Assembly (NCBI RefSeq): GCF_000150275.1
Contig: NW_002060957.1
Coordinates: 794,445-858,444, forward strand
Length of the DNA stretch: 64,000 nucleotides
Origin: Trichoplax adhaerens
Lineage: Eukaryota > Animalia > Placozoa
Direction of reading: 5' to 3'
Position numbers and translations under genes: made by a program. This document shows positions 1-12,631 of the stretch, piece after piece; positions within the stretch are counted from its first letter, which is position 1; every line of letters begins with the position of its first letter. A model generated the notes under the pieces. It worked only from the letters and a program-made list of their open reading frames with translations. It ran no database searches and was not told the DNA's origin.

Positions 1-119
1 CCGGATCTAAGTGTATTCGTAAGACGTGTATGTGATAGCGTTATATATTGTATTAGAGTCGAAATATCTGTGTTAGGATAATATTATTAGCCCATCCTTA
101 TTTAGTTAACATCTAATTG

Positions 120-540
120 TAATTGTAACTTACTTATGTTAGATCGTAAATTATCGTGGAAATGTTCCGTGATAGAACATATTTGTAATCTGACTATTCT
201 GTTTTAGTCATCAGATGTATATGTTTGTAAATACTGTTGTTTGTATTAGGGAGCAGTAGCAAAATTAATGTCTAACTCAGTGAATGATTTCAAAGTTAAT
301 CGTACTAACTATGACTCATGAACTATTGAGGAAGAGTATATAAACGCAATATATCGTGTAATAAAGTTAATTCTTAAACTAAGTGTTTAACGTAAAATAC
401 GAGGCGTCTGAGTCTTTGTGTAGTCTACTAGTAGAGCAAAAATATTCCTGATAGTGCAGATATCGTTCCTTGATACGTGGATAAAGGAATTGACTTATTG
501 ATCGTACATAACGTTATCTTATTACAAAGCTGTTTTGTGA
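120..540. repeat. Interspersed repeat, copy 1 (inverted relative to the copy at ~16318-16745)
   Basis: The reverse complement of 361-540 (cgcctcgtattttacgttaaacact; acaaaacagctttgtaataagataacgt) aligns by eye with 16318-16500. Similarity continues to ~120 vs ~16745. Confidence 0.75.
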
Positions 541-1089
541 CAGTGTAATATTTTATGTAAAATTCAGATTTATCTCTTACCGAGTTAGCCAAGGACTTCG
601 TCTAGTTATCCATAAAATAGGTCACGATAGTATTTTAAAAATGGAAAAAAATTTATACAATTAACTTTTTAGTAAAAACTAAGAGTACTGCAGTTATCAA
701 AATATATAAGGGTATATCGATGCACAAAAAATTATACTATAATTTATGTAAGGTGCGCTATAAAATATATAATATATTGCACATTTCGTCTGCACTATCT
801 CTGCAAGAACTTTATTACTTCATATCTAAATTAATAAATAATCACTAAAGCATAAAGCTCACTTTTTGATACGAGCTAAGAATATTGATACCGCTACTTG
901 CAGTTATCGTAGGTAACTATGTGTTTTACGCATGCTGCATAATGAAGTCGGTAATTAAATTCACATGTTACAATATCTTGTCGTTAAGTTATTTTTTAGT
1001 AAAGTCTATCATTTGAGTCTTTAATAATTGCTGATATAGAAGAAATTCGCTATAAAAATATTAGATGTAAACTTGCATGTGATTATCTT

Positions 1090-3231
1090 AGACTTATGGA
1101 CTGAAATTGGAGTAACTCACTAGACCCATAATGTTGATATCAGGCAGTTTAAATGATATAAATGTGTTATTAAATCAACGTGCAAATTCTGCATTTAATG
1201 TTATCTTGTGATACAAATTAAGATGTTATAGTGTTTGATACTTCAAGATATTTGAGCTATCGAGATAATTTAAACAAAATTAGCCATCACAGTAAGCTAT
1301 CATGTAAGCAAAATCATATATAATTATTTGAGACTTACGCGCTGAAATCGGAGTAATCGCCGAAGCCATAATGTTGATATCGTATAGTATATATTATAGA
1401 AAATATATAATTATATCAGTTCTTAGTTCCGTATTTGAAAGTTTTTTATCTTAAAGCTAATTTGCAATACTTATTGCGATATAATAGTGAGCGATAGTTC
1501 TTGATATTGGAGGTATCAAGATAATGTAAACAAATTCAATTATCAAACTATTGTAAAGCAAGGCCATAAATGTTTGTTAAAGACTTACACGCTGAAATTG
1601 TAGTAGTTGTTAGAGCGATAACATTGATATCACGATATCATACAGTGTAAATAATAAAAAATGAATACGTTAATCAGTTTTTAATTCTGTACTTGAAATT
1701 TATCTTATCACAAAGTTGATTTGTGACACACATTACGAAATTATGGTATTTGATAGTTCATGATATTCGAAATATTGAATAACATAAACAAATTAACTAT
1801 TAAAGTATCATAAAAACAAAGTCAATATATGACTATAAAAGACTTACGCGCTGAATTCGGAGTAATCGTTAGAGCGATGATGTTGATATCATACAGTATA
1901 AATGATAGAAAATTTATAATAAACATATTGTGATATTTTATCATTTGATAGTTCGTGATAGCCGAAATATTGAGATATTATAAACAAATTTTAATATTAA
2001 ACTTTGACAACATAAAGTCACATATATAATTAAATAAATTATTAAACGATCATAAAAATTGTATATAATAAATTAAGACTTACACGCTGAAATTAGAATA
2101 TTCGTTAGAGCGATGATGTCGATATCATACATTTTAAATGACAGAAAATATACAATAAAGACGTTATGGTATTGTTTTGTTTGATAGTTCGTGATATCGA
2201 GATAATATAAATAAATTTAATTATTAAGTTATCATAAAAACAAAGTCAGACAAGATCATTTGAGATTTAATGCTAAAAACCAGAGTAATCGTTACAGCCA
2301 TAATTTTGTCAAAATATAGTGTAAGTAATACAAAAAGTATAATTAAAATTGAATACAATATAATTTTATAGTATTCGATAGATCATAATATCCTTAATAT
2401 CGTGATAGTATATGCAAATTTAACTATTAAGCTATCATACAAACAAAATCAAATTTTATCATTTAATTAAGATTTATATTCTGAAATTGGAGTAATTACT
2501 AGAGCCATAATGTTGGTATCATAAAGTATAGATGATAGAAAAGGTATAATTAGCACAGTTCTTTATTCTTAATTTAACAGTTATTACGTCACAAAGTCGA
2601 TTTGCCACACATATTGCGATATTTTAATTTTAGATAGCTCATAATATCTGATCTATCAAGTTAACTCTTACGAACAAATTTAATTATCAAAGTATCACAA
2701 TAATAAAGTCATATATACATATTTGAGACTTACGACTGAAAGCTGTAATGCAATTTGAAACCATGATGTTCGAGTTATAAAGGGGAAATAAGAAAAAAAA
2801 TATGAATTAATTTCTTAAATATTCTATATTCCATGCAATCTTGAAACATAGCTTGTTTTTATTCGCTGTATCATTTAATATTTCAAAGTCAATGATATTT
2901 GATATATACGTATAGCCAATAGACAAGAATTTTCTAGCAAAGTTCTACAATTATTAAAAACATTGGTACATGTGATTACGCTCGTCCAAACTCATTGTAA
3001 TTGGAAAGATAATTAAAATAGAGGCTGCGTTTCACATGACACGCATATTGGATAAATTCGTGTAAATTGCCATCAGACCTTAAGATTTACATTAAATATC
3101 ATCTTATTTCAGTGCTAACTTATAATATCATATAGTTATTTCAATGCATTATGCTTGATGATATTTGAAGTATCGAGATAATGTATGAAATTAATCTCTA
3201 TTACAAAAAAAGATTCTTTGTATGTGTTTAC
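1090..3231 (-). repeat. Diverged tandem array, period ~190-260 bp; each unit is an intron plus a micro-exon cassette
   Basis: The + strand anchor agacttac-NNN-ctgaaat..gagtaatcgttagagc..atgttgatatc recurs at ~1090, 1331, 1581, 1840, 2076, 2263, 2470 and 2726. More decayed in-register donors lie at ~2979 and ~3231. Unit bodies share gttcgtgatatcgagataat..tatcataaaaacaaagtca. Confidence 0.9.
1339..2086 (-). CDS. Four putative 3-nt micro-exons, each one Arg codon: 2084-2086 CGT, 1848-1850 CGC, 1589-1591 CGT, 1339-1341 CGC
   Basis: The minus strand reads ttcag|CGY|gtaagtct in all four. A CTCTAAC branch point with the A at -19 is present in three (gttagag at 1609-1615, 1868-1874, 2104-2110). Only the synonymous third base varies, and the upstream exon ends in phase 0. 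Confidence 0.6.
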
Positions 3232-3445
3232 ATGTCCGTCTTTTTATCAAAAATTGCAATCTCAGATGTTCGTTGATCTAATTTTTTCAGGAGTTGTCAT
3301 TATTATATATTTAAAATTGCAATATGACTAGATAAAGGCTAAAGCGAATAGCTGTTTGGATGATCTTAATAATATAATTAATCAAAGCATGTAGTACCGG
3401 TACCCAAAGAAACTAATCATTTTGTATAATATTTCCTTAACTTAC

Positions 3446-3625
3446 CTTCGCTTCCATAATTTTGCGAGCTTCTTCCTCATCAATAATATTCTCTTCTGCC
3501 AACTCACTTAATTTTTCCTCATCCATGAATTCTGGAGAGTATTCTTCATCAGATTTATCTTGTTCAGCATTTGCAAGAACAATGGCACAGAAGAGCGTAG
3601 CAATCAATATGATCTTGGTATTCAT
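3446..3625 (-). CDS. First coding exon of a secreted prepropeptide (signal peptide plus acidic pro-region; antimicrobial-peptide- or neuropeptide-precursor-like)
   Basis: Acceptor ttttaatag|CAATG at 3627, ATG at 3625. MNTKIILIATLFCAIVLANA (basic, then hydrophobic, then AxA signal peptide) is followed by EQDKSDEEYSPEFMDEEKLSELAEENIIDEEEARKIMEAK. The exon ends in phase 0 at a perfect donor, AAG|gtaagt (3445). Confidence 0.85.
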
Positions 3626-6600
3626 TGCTATTAAAAGGTAAATAAAAATTAGCAACCATAGCAATTTGCTTTTAACCGATTACATAAAATAGAATACTAT
3701 TTTTATTATATCAGTCATAAGATAATATAAATGCCACGGCTAAAACCCGAATAAGAGGAAAATTTTTAAAATTTCGAGCTTTAGCTGGCTATGCAAGTGC
3801 CTATAAGTACAATGTTCATCATATTTAACCATTTTATTACCCTACGAAAGTGTTTAATTTGATTGGATGCACTGTAAAGACTATAAGAAGTTTATTTGCT
3901 TCCTCTTTAGCAAATAATCTTCCTTAAAATACTTTTATTCTTATTCCGAGCTTTGATCAGCTATTACGCATAACAGCCGGGAATTACGCTTTATCGGTAA
4001 TGTTAATATTAAAACTGTACTAAGAAAGCTAATATAATTAGTTTACTTCCTCGTTATACTACCGCAGAAATAATTCTGCTTAGGTACTTGTTAGGCAATT
4101 TTGTTAGACAGCACACTAAAAGTAATAACTGTTAATGATTCGTTATTTGTAATCGAACATTTTACCTGTGAACGAAACCACATAGACCTACGAACAAGAA
4201 CTGAAAACTACTACAGTACCTCTTACTAGCTACATTTTGCATTACGATATGATTTAGCAGCCGGAAGACTAACGACTATACAGTACAATTAGATAGTTAA
4301 TTACAGATAAGTTTATTCACACGTCTCAACATTCCGCATGAAATTACAGGTGAAAGTGAGCCATGACAGGTATCTCCCCATATGATAATACCTGTCCTTA
4401 GTGCAGAATTACGATTGTGACAAAGTATAAATTCTGATTTACCCAAAATTAAAGCAATCAATGATTACTTTACTGATCATTTACGTATTATCGATTACAA
4501 CATCGTATTAAATACTGCATATGATATACGGTATGCCATAACATTTCTCAAAAATCTTTAAATCTGCAAGATCGTATAAGATAAATTAGTTCTTTCGTGA
4601 GGTCTGTATATAAAGGTTCAATACATAATAAATTTTACAAGTTAGCTCTTTAGCCATAAAGATAATTGTCAACGGATGAAGAGTCTCTGAACTTAGTGAG
4701 AGTAATTTTTTAACGACAATTTACTTATTTGAATAGCTAAACGCGTACATTTATAGTATTATCATCTATTGATAGCGATAAACCATTATGAAATTTTTCT
4801 TAAATATGCTTCAGATTAGGCCTTAGTAATAAATCTAATGAATTTATAATATAGAGGATTTTAGTTTCTACGCACTTCTAATGATTGAAGTACGTTACTG
4901 TTCTAAGTACTATTGCAGATAAATATCAAAGACAGGTTTGAAATTAATTCATACTGCAAATCTAAGTTAATAACGAGATGGCAAATATTGAATGGAAAGT
5001 GAATATCATCTCTCAGTTTCAGGACTTGTTTTATCGTGGATTTTTATCCGTAATCAGATATGGAGTCGTGTGGTTTGTTCTACCGAGAAACATCAACTAT
5101 GCTACTATAAATATTGCAAGGTTATCGTTTCTCCATTGGCTAATACCGGTGATTAATATCCAAATACGCTTGTATTCATATCCTTATAAATATTCACATT
5201 TACAAAAAAGTGTAAAGTAGCCTCCATGCCTCTCATTTAAGTTATCTCTAGTTAAATTACTTAAGCCTGAAATATCGCAAGCTATAAAGATCTCTGCTAC
5301 AATTTTAAACTCACAAATAGCGTAGAAAATCATTACTTTTCCTTTTTCTTAACTAATTTAATATGTCAATGAAGGATCTTAAAAATAGGACCAAAAGGCA
5401 CGATTTGTACCAGAGATTTGACCTTCGAAATAAATCTTCTTTTTTACATAAATGCACGTAACATTTCTTTCATATCTAAAATGTAAATCTGTAGATTAAG
5501 GATCTACTACCAGTAGGTAGGGAGTGTAAGAATACCGGTTGACTTGTGCGAAGCAAGAAAAGTCCCCAAATTTATAAAAGTAACTAGGAATAACATCTGT
5601 GGTAAATCTTTATAAATTACTGTTGATGCACAGCTAGATGCATGAGACTTGGCTAGCTTTCAACAAAATTAATTGTCAGTTACGTTTGCTGAAGATAGTT
5701 AGACTGAATATAGGTAGCCTTAGCTAATTTAGAAGGCGAAGTAATTTATGTGAGAAAGTGAAATATCACAAGAAATATGCACAATTTCCTGTGAGAAAAT
5801 TAGTAAGACATTGTAATTAGTTACACACTTACTTGTACATCAAGTAACATTGTTACTAACTATTCTTATGACTGCAGAGTAAAATAAATTCGTTTACGTT
5901 TTTGAATAGCTGCTTCTAATCTATTGTATTAGTTACCCGTATTTAGCTGACTAAGGCGGTACCACAAGGTGCAAAGGTTACAAACACTTAGTAGCCTCTA
6001 GCTTAGAACTAGCAATAATTTTAATAGGGAAAGCTATCTGTGTTACATCTGTGGTTGTGACAGTTGCGTTAATTTTAATTGTATTGATAATATGCTCATT
6101 TATGGAATGAGCTTGGAAAGCTCGTAAGATAGTCTAACAAATGTAACGTATTATTTATCTTACTCGATATATAGCACACTAGCTCTAATCGATTCGAAGT
6201 CTGTGGTACAGCAGCTTAACTTACGTTTATTTGCTAATATTTTACCAATCATGCTAAATGATGTTTAACTATACAACGTGGCACGAGTTGGGGATTTAGA
6301 CTCTCCAGGCACTGAAGAAGCCCGTACTAAGACCATAGAACTACAGTTATATTATACTATAAATATTTATATCGTTATGTAGGCAACCATTTAACGTGAA
6401 ACAGCTACGCTTCATGCCTAATATACTGCTTCTTGATTAAGAGTTTGCTCTTATTACCGTACATCTTACAAAAACCAGTATACACAAAAATGTATCACCA
6501 TAAATGATTCAGACCATGTTAACCAAACTAGAACATTTATTGATGCAGGACAACATAACTAAGAGAATTAAAATCGTGCTTGACTTTATAAGCCTTTTGA

Positions 6601-6634
6601 TAGTTTAAAATCAAAGATTAGGTCAGAGACTTAC

Positions 6635-6722
6635 CGAATGAAAATTTTGAATTACCGTTAGACCTTGGTTAAAATACAAATTTGTAATGGTAGTCAGCTG
6701 TTTCTAATAGGCGGTATTTATA
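6635..6722 (-). promoter_or_regulatory. Candidate TATA box and short 5'UTR exon of the prepropeptide gene
   Basis: TATAAATA on the minus strand at 6715-6722 and a strong donor TCG|gtaagtct at 6635/6634. The coding exon starts 2 nt before its ATG, so an upstream UTR exon is expected. Confidence 0.4.
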
Positions 6723-9700
6723 GATTCGATCAGACTTTGAAAACAGCAATAGGTAAACATCCCTAAACAAATGTACCAACAGGTGATCTATCAAGAAAAA
6801 ATAAAATTTTCTATACGACTAGCAACAAAGAAATCTATAATTTTTTAAGGTAAAGAAATGCTATTGATTTGCAATGTAAACACAGCTTTACATTCCTGAA
6901 TTTGATGGTAAAGAACAATTAGATTACTTTTGTGCTGATTATTCTAAGCCTGAAGGGACTGTGAAATAACTTATTATTGTGATTTTAGGCCATTAGCCAT
7001 GTTTATTTGATGTACGGTAGTGTCTTTTCTATATTTATCTTATGATATATTAAGTAGCCCATAATTATAGACTGTACGGACAGATTGTTTGCTAAAGTAC
7101 AGATGACTATATACGGTAAGGTGTTTATAAAGCTACTAATAAGGTTAGAGGTAGAAAATAGAATTGTAAATCATATATTGGGATATGCTTAGTTCATTGT
7201 ACTTTGAGAGGTAGGAATAATGTCTACGAAAATAATGTAATCATTTCTATTTTGGATTAATAAAATATAGCGGTTCTCTGTAAAATATTTTGAATAGTAA
7301 TAAGCTGAATATATGTAAAATATGATTGTAGTTGCGAAGGCTACAGAGAGTATAAAAGCAGGAGACGTTAGATTATTATCTGATTGTTCCTTCTAGAAGT
7401 CTTTCAATAGCTATATTCGGCTAGAATAGAGCTATCCGTAGCTATTCTTTGTATTAGATCCAATAAAGTTCTAATTTTCTACAACTTTGGAATTTTCGTA
7501 ATCGGACCTAATCACAAGGACCTAATTATAAGCGTTACATTGATTTTACTGATTAATACTAAAAAGAAATACAGTCATCGCCGCTCATTAACCTTACGGT
7601 ACTAAGCCCCGAAATTAGTTCAATCCTAGATTTATCTTAGTCTACTCTACATAACAATAGCCCAAGGATTTATTTTATAAGTCCATCATATCGACTGATT
7701 ACCAAATACTCAGGTATCGAAGGTTCCAACTCGTGACATATAAAACAGTGAAATAGATAGGTTACGTGGTGGCCTGGAACGAAAAGGTTTTGAGTCTAGG
7801 GAAGAATTCGATAAATTTGATACTGACTAGAGTAGATTTTTTGAAAGCAACCTATGAGACAACTATCTTAAGAAAAACATTTTAAAAGTAAATAAAGTAA
7901 ATAAAAACGTACTCAAAAAGCAATATATTATCGTATATTTGCAAAAATAAAAACCTATCGAATATGCTTATTCGATTAATAAGCGGAAAACGCTTCGCCC
8001 TAGGGTTTGCTGTTTAATTTAAGGGGTTGTGACTGTATTTCAATTGACTGTATTGAAATACCATTTTATTATAGAATACAATTTCAATAGGTGATGATTA
8101 ACTTATAACGACATTTCTTTACATCTAATTAATCTCCATAAGCTATTTGATTATTACTTACAGTTCTTAAACAGTTATGTAACAAAGATATTGTAAGTTG
8201 TAAAAATTCTTTAAACAATAACATGAGCTAAATGAATAATGTTNTGAATCGCAAATAGCATAATATCTTAAATCAACTCCTGTTTCAAATTAACTTGGCT
8301 TAAGGGCCTAGTATTATGTCTATTATTAGTAAGATACAGAAATAGTTTCAATGCGATTGCATTGTCATTACTTGACATAAACTGACGACTTATATTAAAG
8401 AAGTTTGTAATGATTAATTACGTCTAAGCACATGTTATTTCAGAAACTTGTTGATTTTGACGTTGGCCTTGCCACTCATAAATGATTCATACGTGTATTT
8501 TATTTATTGAACGAAAGGAGTAGAATTAATAAATGGTTAAAGAAGCAATATAAGGGTTGCTTTGATAGGAATCGACGGTCTTCGTTGCTTTATCCAATAA
8601 GTACAAAATTACTATATTAATTTACATTTTAAAACTAGCTCCTGTAACTGATTATTCCATTAACCTTAAATTCTGCATCGAAAAATGTATCGAATATCTA
8701 AAGGAGACATAATAAAAATATTGATGGTGCTAGATTAATGTATCATCGAATCTAAACAAATAATTTATCCATCATACTGTATTTTATTTTGGATAGCAAT
8801 TGTATTTCCTAAAACTATCTAATTATTTTATTTTTGTTACGTCTTTAATTGCCCGCTGTTAATAAGTTAACGTTAGCAATAGTTTCCCATTCTTAAGTCT
8901 TAACAAGATAATACTTCCAGTTCAATTACATTTTACACAAAGACATTGTTACAATGTAACTATTTACGGTTATGTGAATATTATGACCAACTTTAACAGA
9001 AATAGCAATTAAGAGCTCCTTTAAGAGTTTTATTTTCGTAGCTTAAAATTCAGCAAGAAAGAGTTTTAAATCTAGACATTTGCTCTTTTTTAACGAATCA
9101 AGAAAGGCCTGATCAAATGATAATTAAGAGTACGTAATTCAATCGCTCTTATTTTATAACGGCTGCACAATATCTAAATTTAAATTATGTGAGAAATCTT
9201 AACAACAAGTTAAATATTAATGTCTATGTCGTAAATATCGAATAACTTAGTAACAAATTTATAATTTAAGAAAACACTTAATTTTGAACTGGTTGTAATC
9301 TTATCGCGACTTGACGAAATACTAAAATTAGTGAATTAAATTCTTCTGGTCCTGTGATAGAGCAGTTATACGTCTAAAATAGGTAGCTGAAGCATATGAT
9401 CTAAAATGAGCTGATTGTTAAGACAACTTCAAGTATGAAATTGATCAGTATTTCAAATTTCTCTATATGATAGCTAAATATTAGATTATATCTTTACCTT
9501 ATTATACTGTTGTCAATCTTCTTAATTTTATACAAATATTTATTTAACGTTATTCATGTGTATAATTGAAAATAGAAACGCCTTTTACGTATTATGAATT
9601 ATGCCAAGGTATAGCATTAATTAAACTTTAGGAAGCTTGGAAAAGTCAACAGTGTAATACACTTACAGCGTTATAATTGGAAAATATCTGAGTATGACTT

Positions 9701-12464
9701 TTATCCAATTTAGGCATTCTGAATCTGCCTAGTAAGAATGTGCTAAGGTACGCGTATATCGATTTTAGAAAAGTTTTAAATTTATTAGATTCTGGCGTTA
9801 TCAGGTGTTCCCTTATGAACGCGATATCATAGTTGGCATGGCTTTCTTACTGATATTGTTTACATGAAGAAATATCTGATAACGTATGAACCTAAGCAAT
9901 TTTAGAACTTTTCTGAAAAAACAGTATACCTTGAAGCATGTATCGGTACTGTTGATTTTTCTTTTCTTTTTAGCAATGCTTCTCAAAACAGGTTCGCACT
10001 TACATTGAATGCAGAAAACATTTTACTTTAACTTGAATAATTTTGAAAACGTTCGAAGATCTACGTCTCTAGCTACTTCAAATCAGAAGCTATAAAATAT
10101 TGGTAATAAAACTAATGTCATAGCTTACAGACATAAAGGTCACTCACTCAATTATATATTTATGATCTGGTTATAATAAGCAGTTTTATAATAGTATTGG
10201 TCAGTTACGATTGATTGTTTACTTTTATGTTACAACAAAGCTTATTTGGATCACACTGATTTGTCTTCCAAAATTTAATAACGATAGAAATTAGAACAAT
10301 GAGCATGAACTTTGCTACGTTGAGCATGAAACCTAAGATTACGTAAGAGTAGAACCATTCGGCTTATATTGATGGAAAAGCTTTTTTATGATTAGGAAAA
10401 AAAGGTTTATTTCTAGCCAGAGAATATTCATTATTTGATACTTTATAAGATTTAAAATAATTGCCTGTGGCAATTTCTAAGCTAATAAGGCAAACAGTCT
10501 GCGCAGTAGGAATAACAGAGTTTTTCGGTAGCTTTAACGATAATGTTACGTTATGCTGAGATGTTGATTGCAGCAAGAATCTATAGCTAGTCTATGAAGC
10601 ATCTGAGAATAGAATTTCTTGAGATTATACAGACCACGATCAAGCTATCCGTAATAAATAGATTTTAAGCTAAAAGTAAAACTTAAATCTAAGTCGTTAG
10701 AAATTATAGTTTTTTTAAGCTAATGGCGAATAAATTTTATTGTTGTACCACATTTTCGAACTATCACAGAAAAAACAACCATTCTTTATAATACGATCTT
10801 ACTTCATATTTATTATGCCCAACAGAACATCATATGCTCGCTAGGGGATTGTAAACCTGTAAAGCTGCTGTCTACGAAATTAATTACAATTAAATTTTTG
10901 GTACTGTGTACTGGACTTTGAGCAATTGTCATAAACCAGCTTCGTGACAAAGATAACGTAAAACAAATCTCTAAATTATTATAGTCTCCGGGATTCAGTA
11001 TCCCTAAACTACCTCACAAGAATTTAGACGCCTTTTCTTCTACCTTAAAACAACTATATAACTCTTCTTTTATTCAACTATCTGCCGAGCTCAAATACCC
11101 TTCGGCAGCAGCTATCATGCATGAGTCATAACAGTTCATAAAACTCAGCTTATATCGGATATCTAAATTAATACAGACATTATTTATAACTTTGGACGTG
11201 TACTGAACGATTCTAGATAATTAGATTACAGTATGTCTACACACAGAATTATTTATAGTATCGTCTATAGATGAATATCTTCAGGATATTCATCACAAGC
11301 GTTACAATACATATCACTATAATTAAATAATATTAGCTACCTTATGAGAACTCTTACTACAGTAGAGCATAATTTACTGTGACTAAATAATAACTACCGT
11401 AGTTTTTACTATAAGTCATCATTATTTGTCTCCATATATATTACTGTTAAACACTAAATTTAGCCGCTTACCCTTCTGGGTGGTTCGTACTGTGACAGCA
11501 ATATTTCAGCTAATTGCAGTAGTTCCGTAATTAGATGGTATAGCAATGCTGTAGGATGAATTAAAGAACTTTTTTATGCAAAATAATTGGCTAGACCTAA
11601 TAAATTAATTCTATTAGCAGCTAAAAGCTTCATTCATTACATTATTTTAATTACAGAAAGGTGAATAATTTAGTTTTTAGCGCATATTATGGCTACTACC
11701 ATGATTTCAAATCACGTAATTACAGTAGTGAATACCGTAACTATAAAGGCTTCGTATAATTCACAGACTACTAAATATAGGGAGGGATTTGGGATTTAGT
11801 GGTCCACAGCTCAAATGCACTTCATATTTCTACGCTTAACCCATTCTACTTTACCATAGAGTTTTCATAGTCTATTACGAGTATGACGTACTTTCAAATT
11901 TCACAACTACAGTAATGATTAGCTGAAGCTTCTACGGTTACGCTGTAGATTTTTCACACGTAGCCTATTTTACATTACCTTAGCAATATGAATTAATATA
12001 GTCGGCCCTGTAAATGTTAGAACCTTCTACTTCAATCACTTTTAGTACATATTTTAATAAGACTGCCCTTATGATATATAATGTAAGAATAACTATTTAT
12101 CCGATACTGAAAACCTTACCATAAAGGTATGGTCTCTTATATTCGTTACTGTATCGAATTTTGATAATTATGCCCGAGACAGGGATTAGTACGTATTTCG
12201 GCTAGCAGAAAAAATCCTTTCACATAAAAAAATTGATTATTAAACACTACCATGCACTTGAACTCCGTATTCATCAGATGCTCGCGTTGAATATGTCATA
12301 TCCTGTACTATTCGTAAACATCATCAAATACCTTCGTATCGATTCTAACAGACGTACAATAACTAATATCAAAATCGTTATTATATTTCATCAGCGCGAG
12401 TGAATGTTAAAACGAAGAAAATTTATTTATTTGATCAAACCAAATAATTAACCTGTAATAAAGC

Positions 12465-12625
12465 GCTAAAAGCAGAGTCCATTATAACTTTTAGCAAGTA
12501 GCTATTTGTAATGGAATTAAATGTGCAGAAACCAAGCTACGAAACTTCTAACAAACTTTGATTCTACTTTCTTTGAACTCTATTCGACTTAACAAAACTT
12601 TGACACCGAATAAAATTGGGGAAAA
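12465..12625. repeat. Inverted fragment of the same element family
   Basis: 12507-12625 is the reverse complement of ~15400-15515 and ~13990-14105. 12465-12505 resembles the TIR tip (ctaaaagcagagtcc). Confidence 0.7.
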
Positions 12626-12631
12626 AACCTA

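Noticed and set aside
1090-2760. CRISPR-like reading of the conserved-core/variable-spacer array
   Set aside because: The context is eukaryotic, the period is ~250 bp, the spacers are homologous to each other and there are no cas genes. The conserved core matches splice signals.
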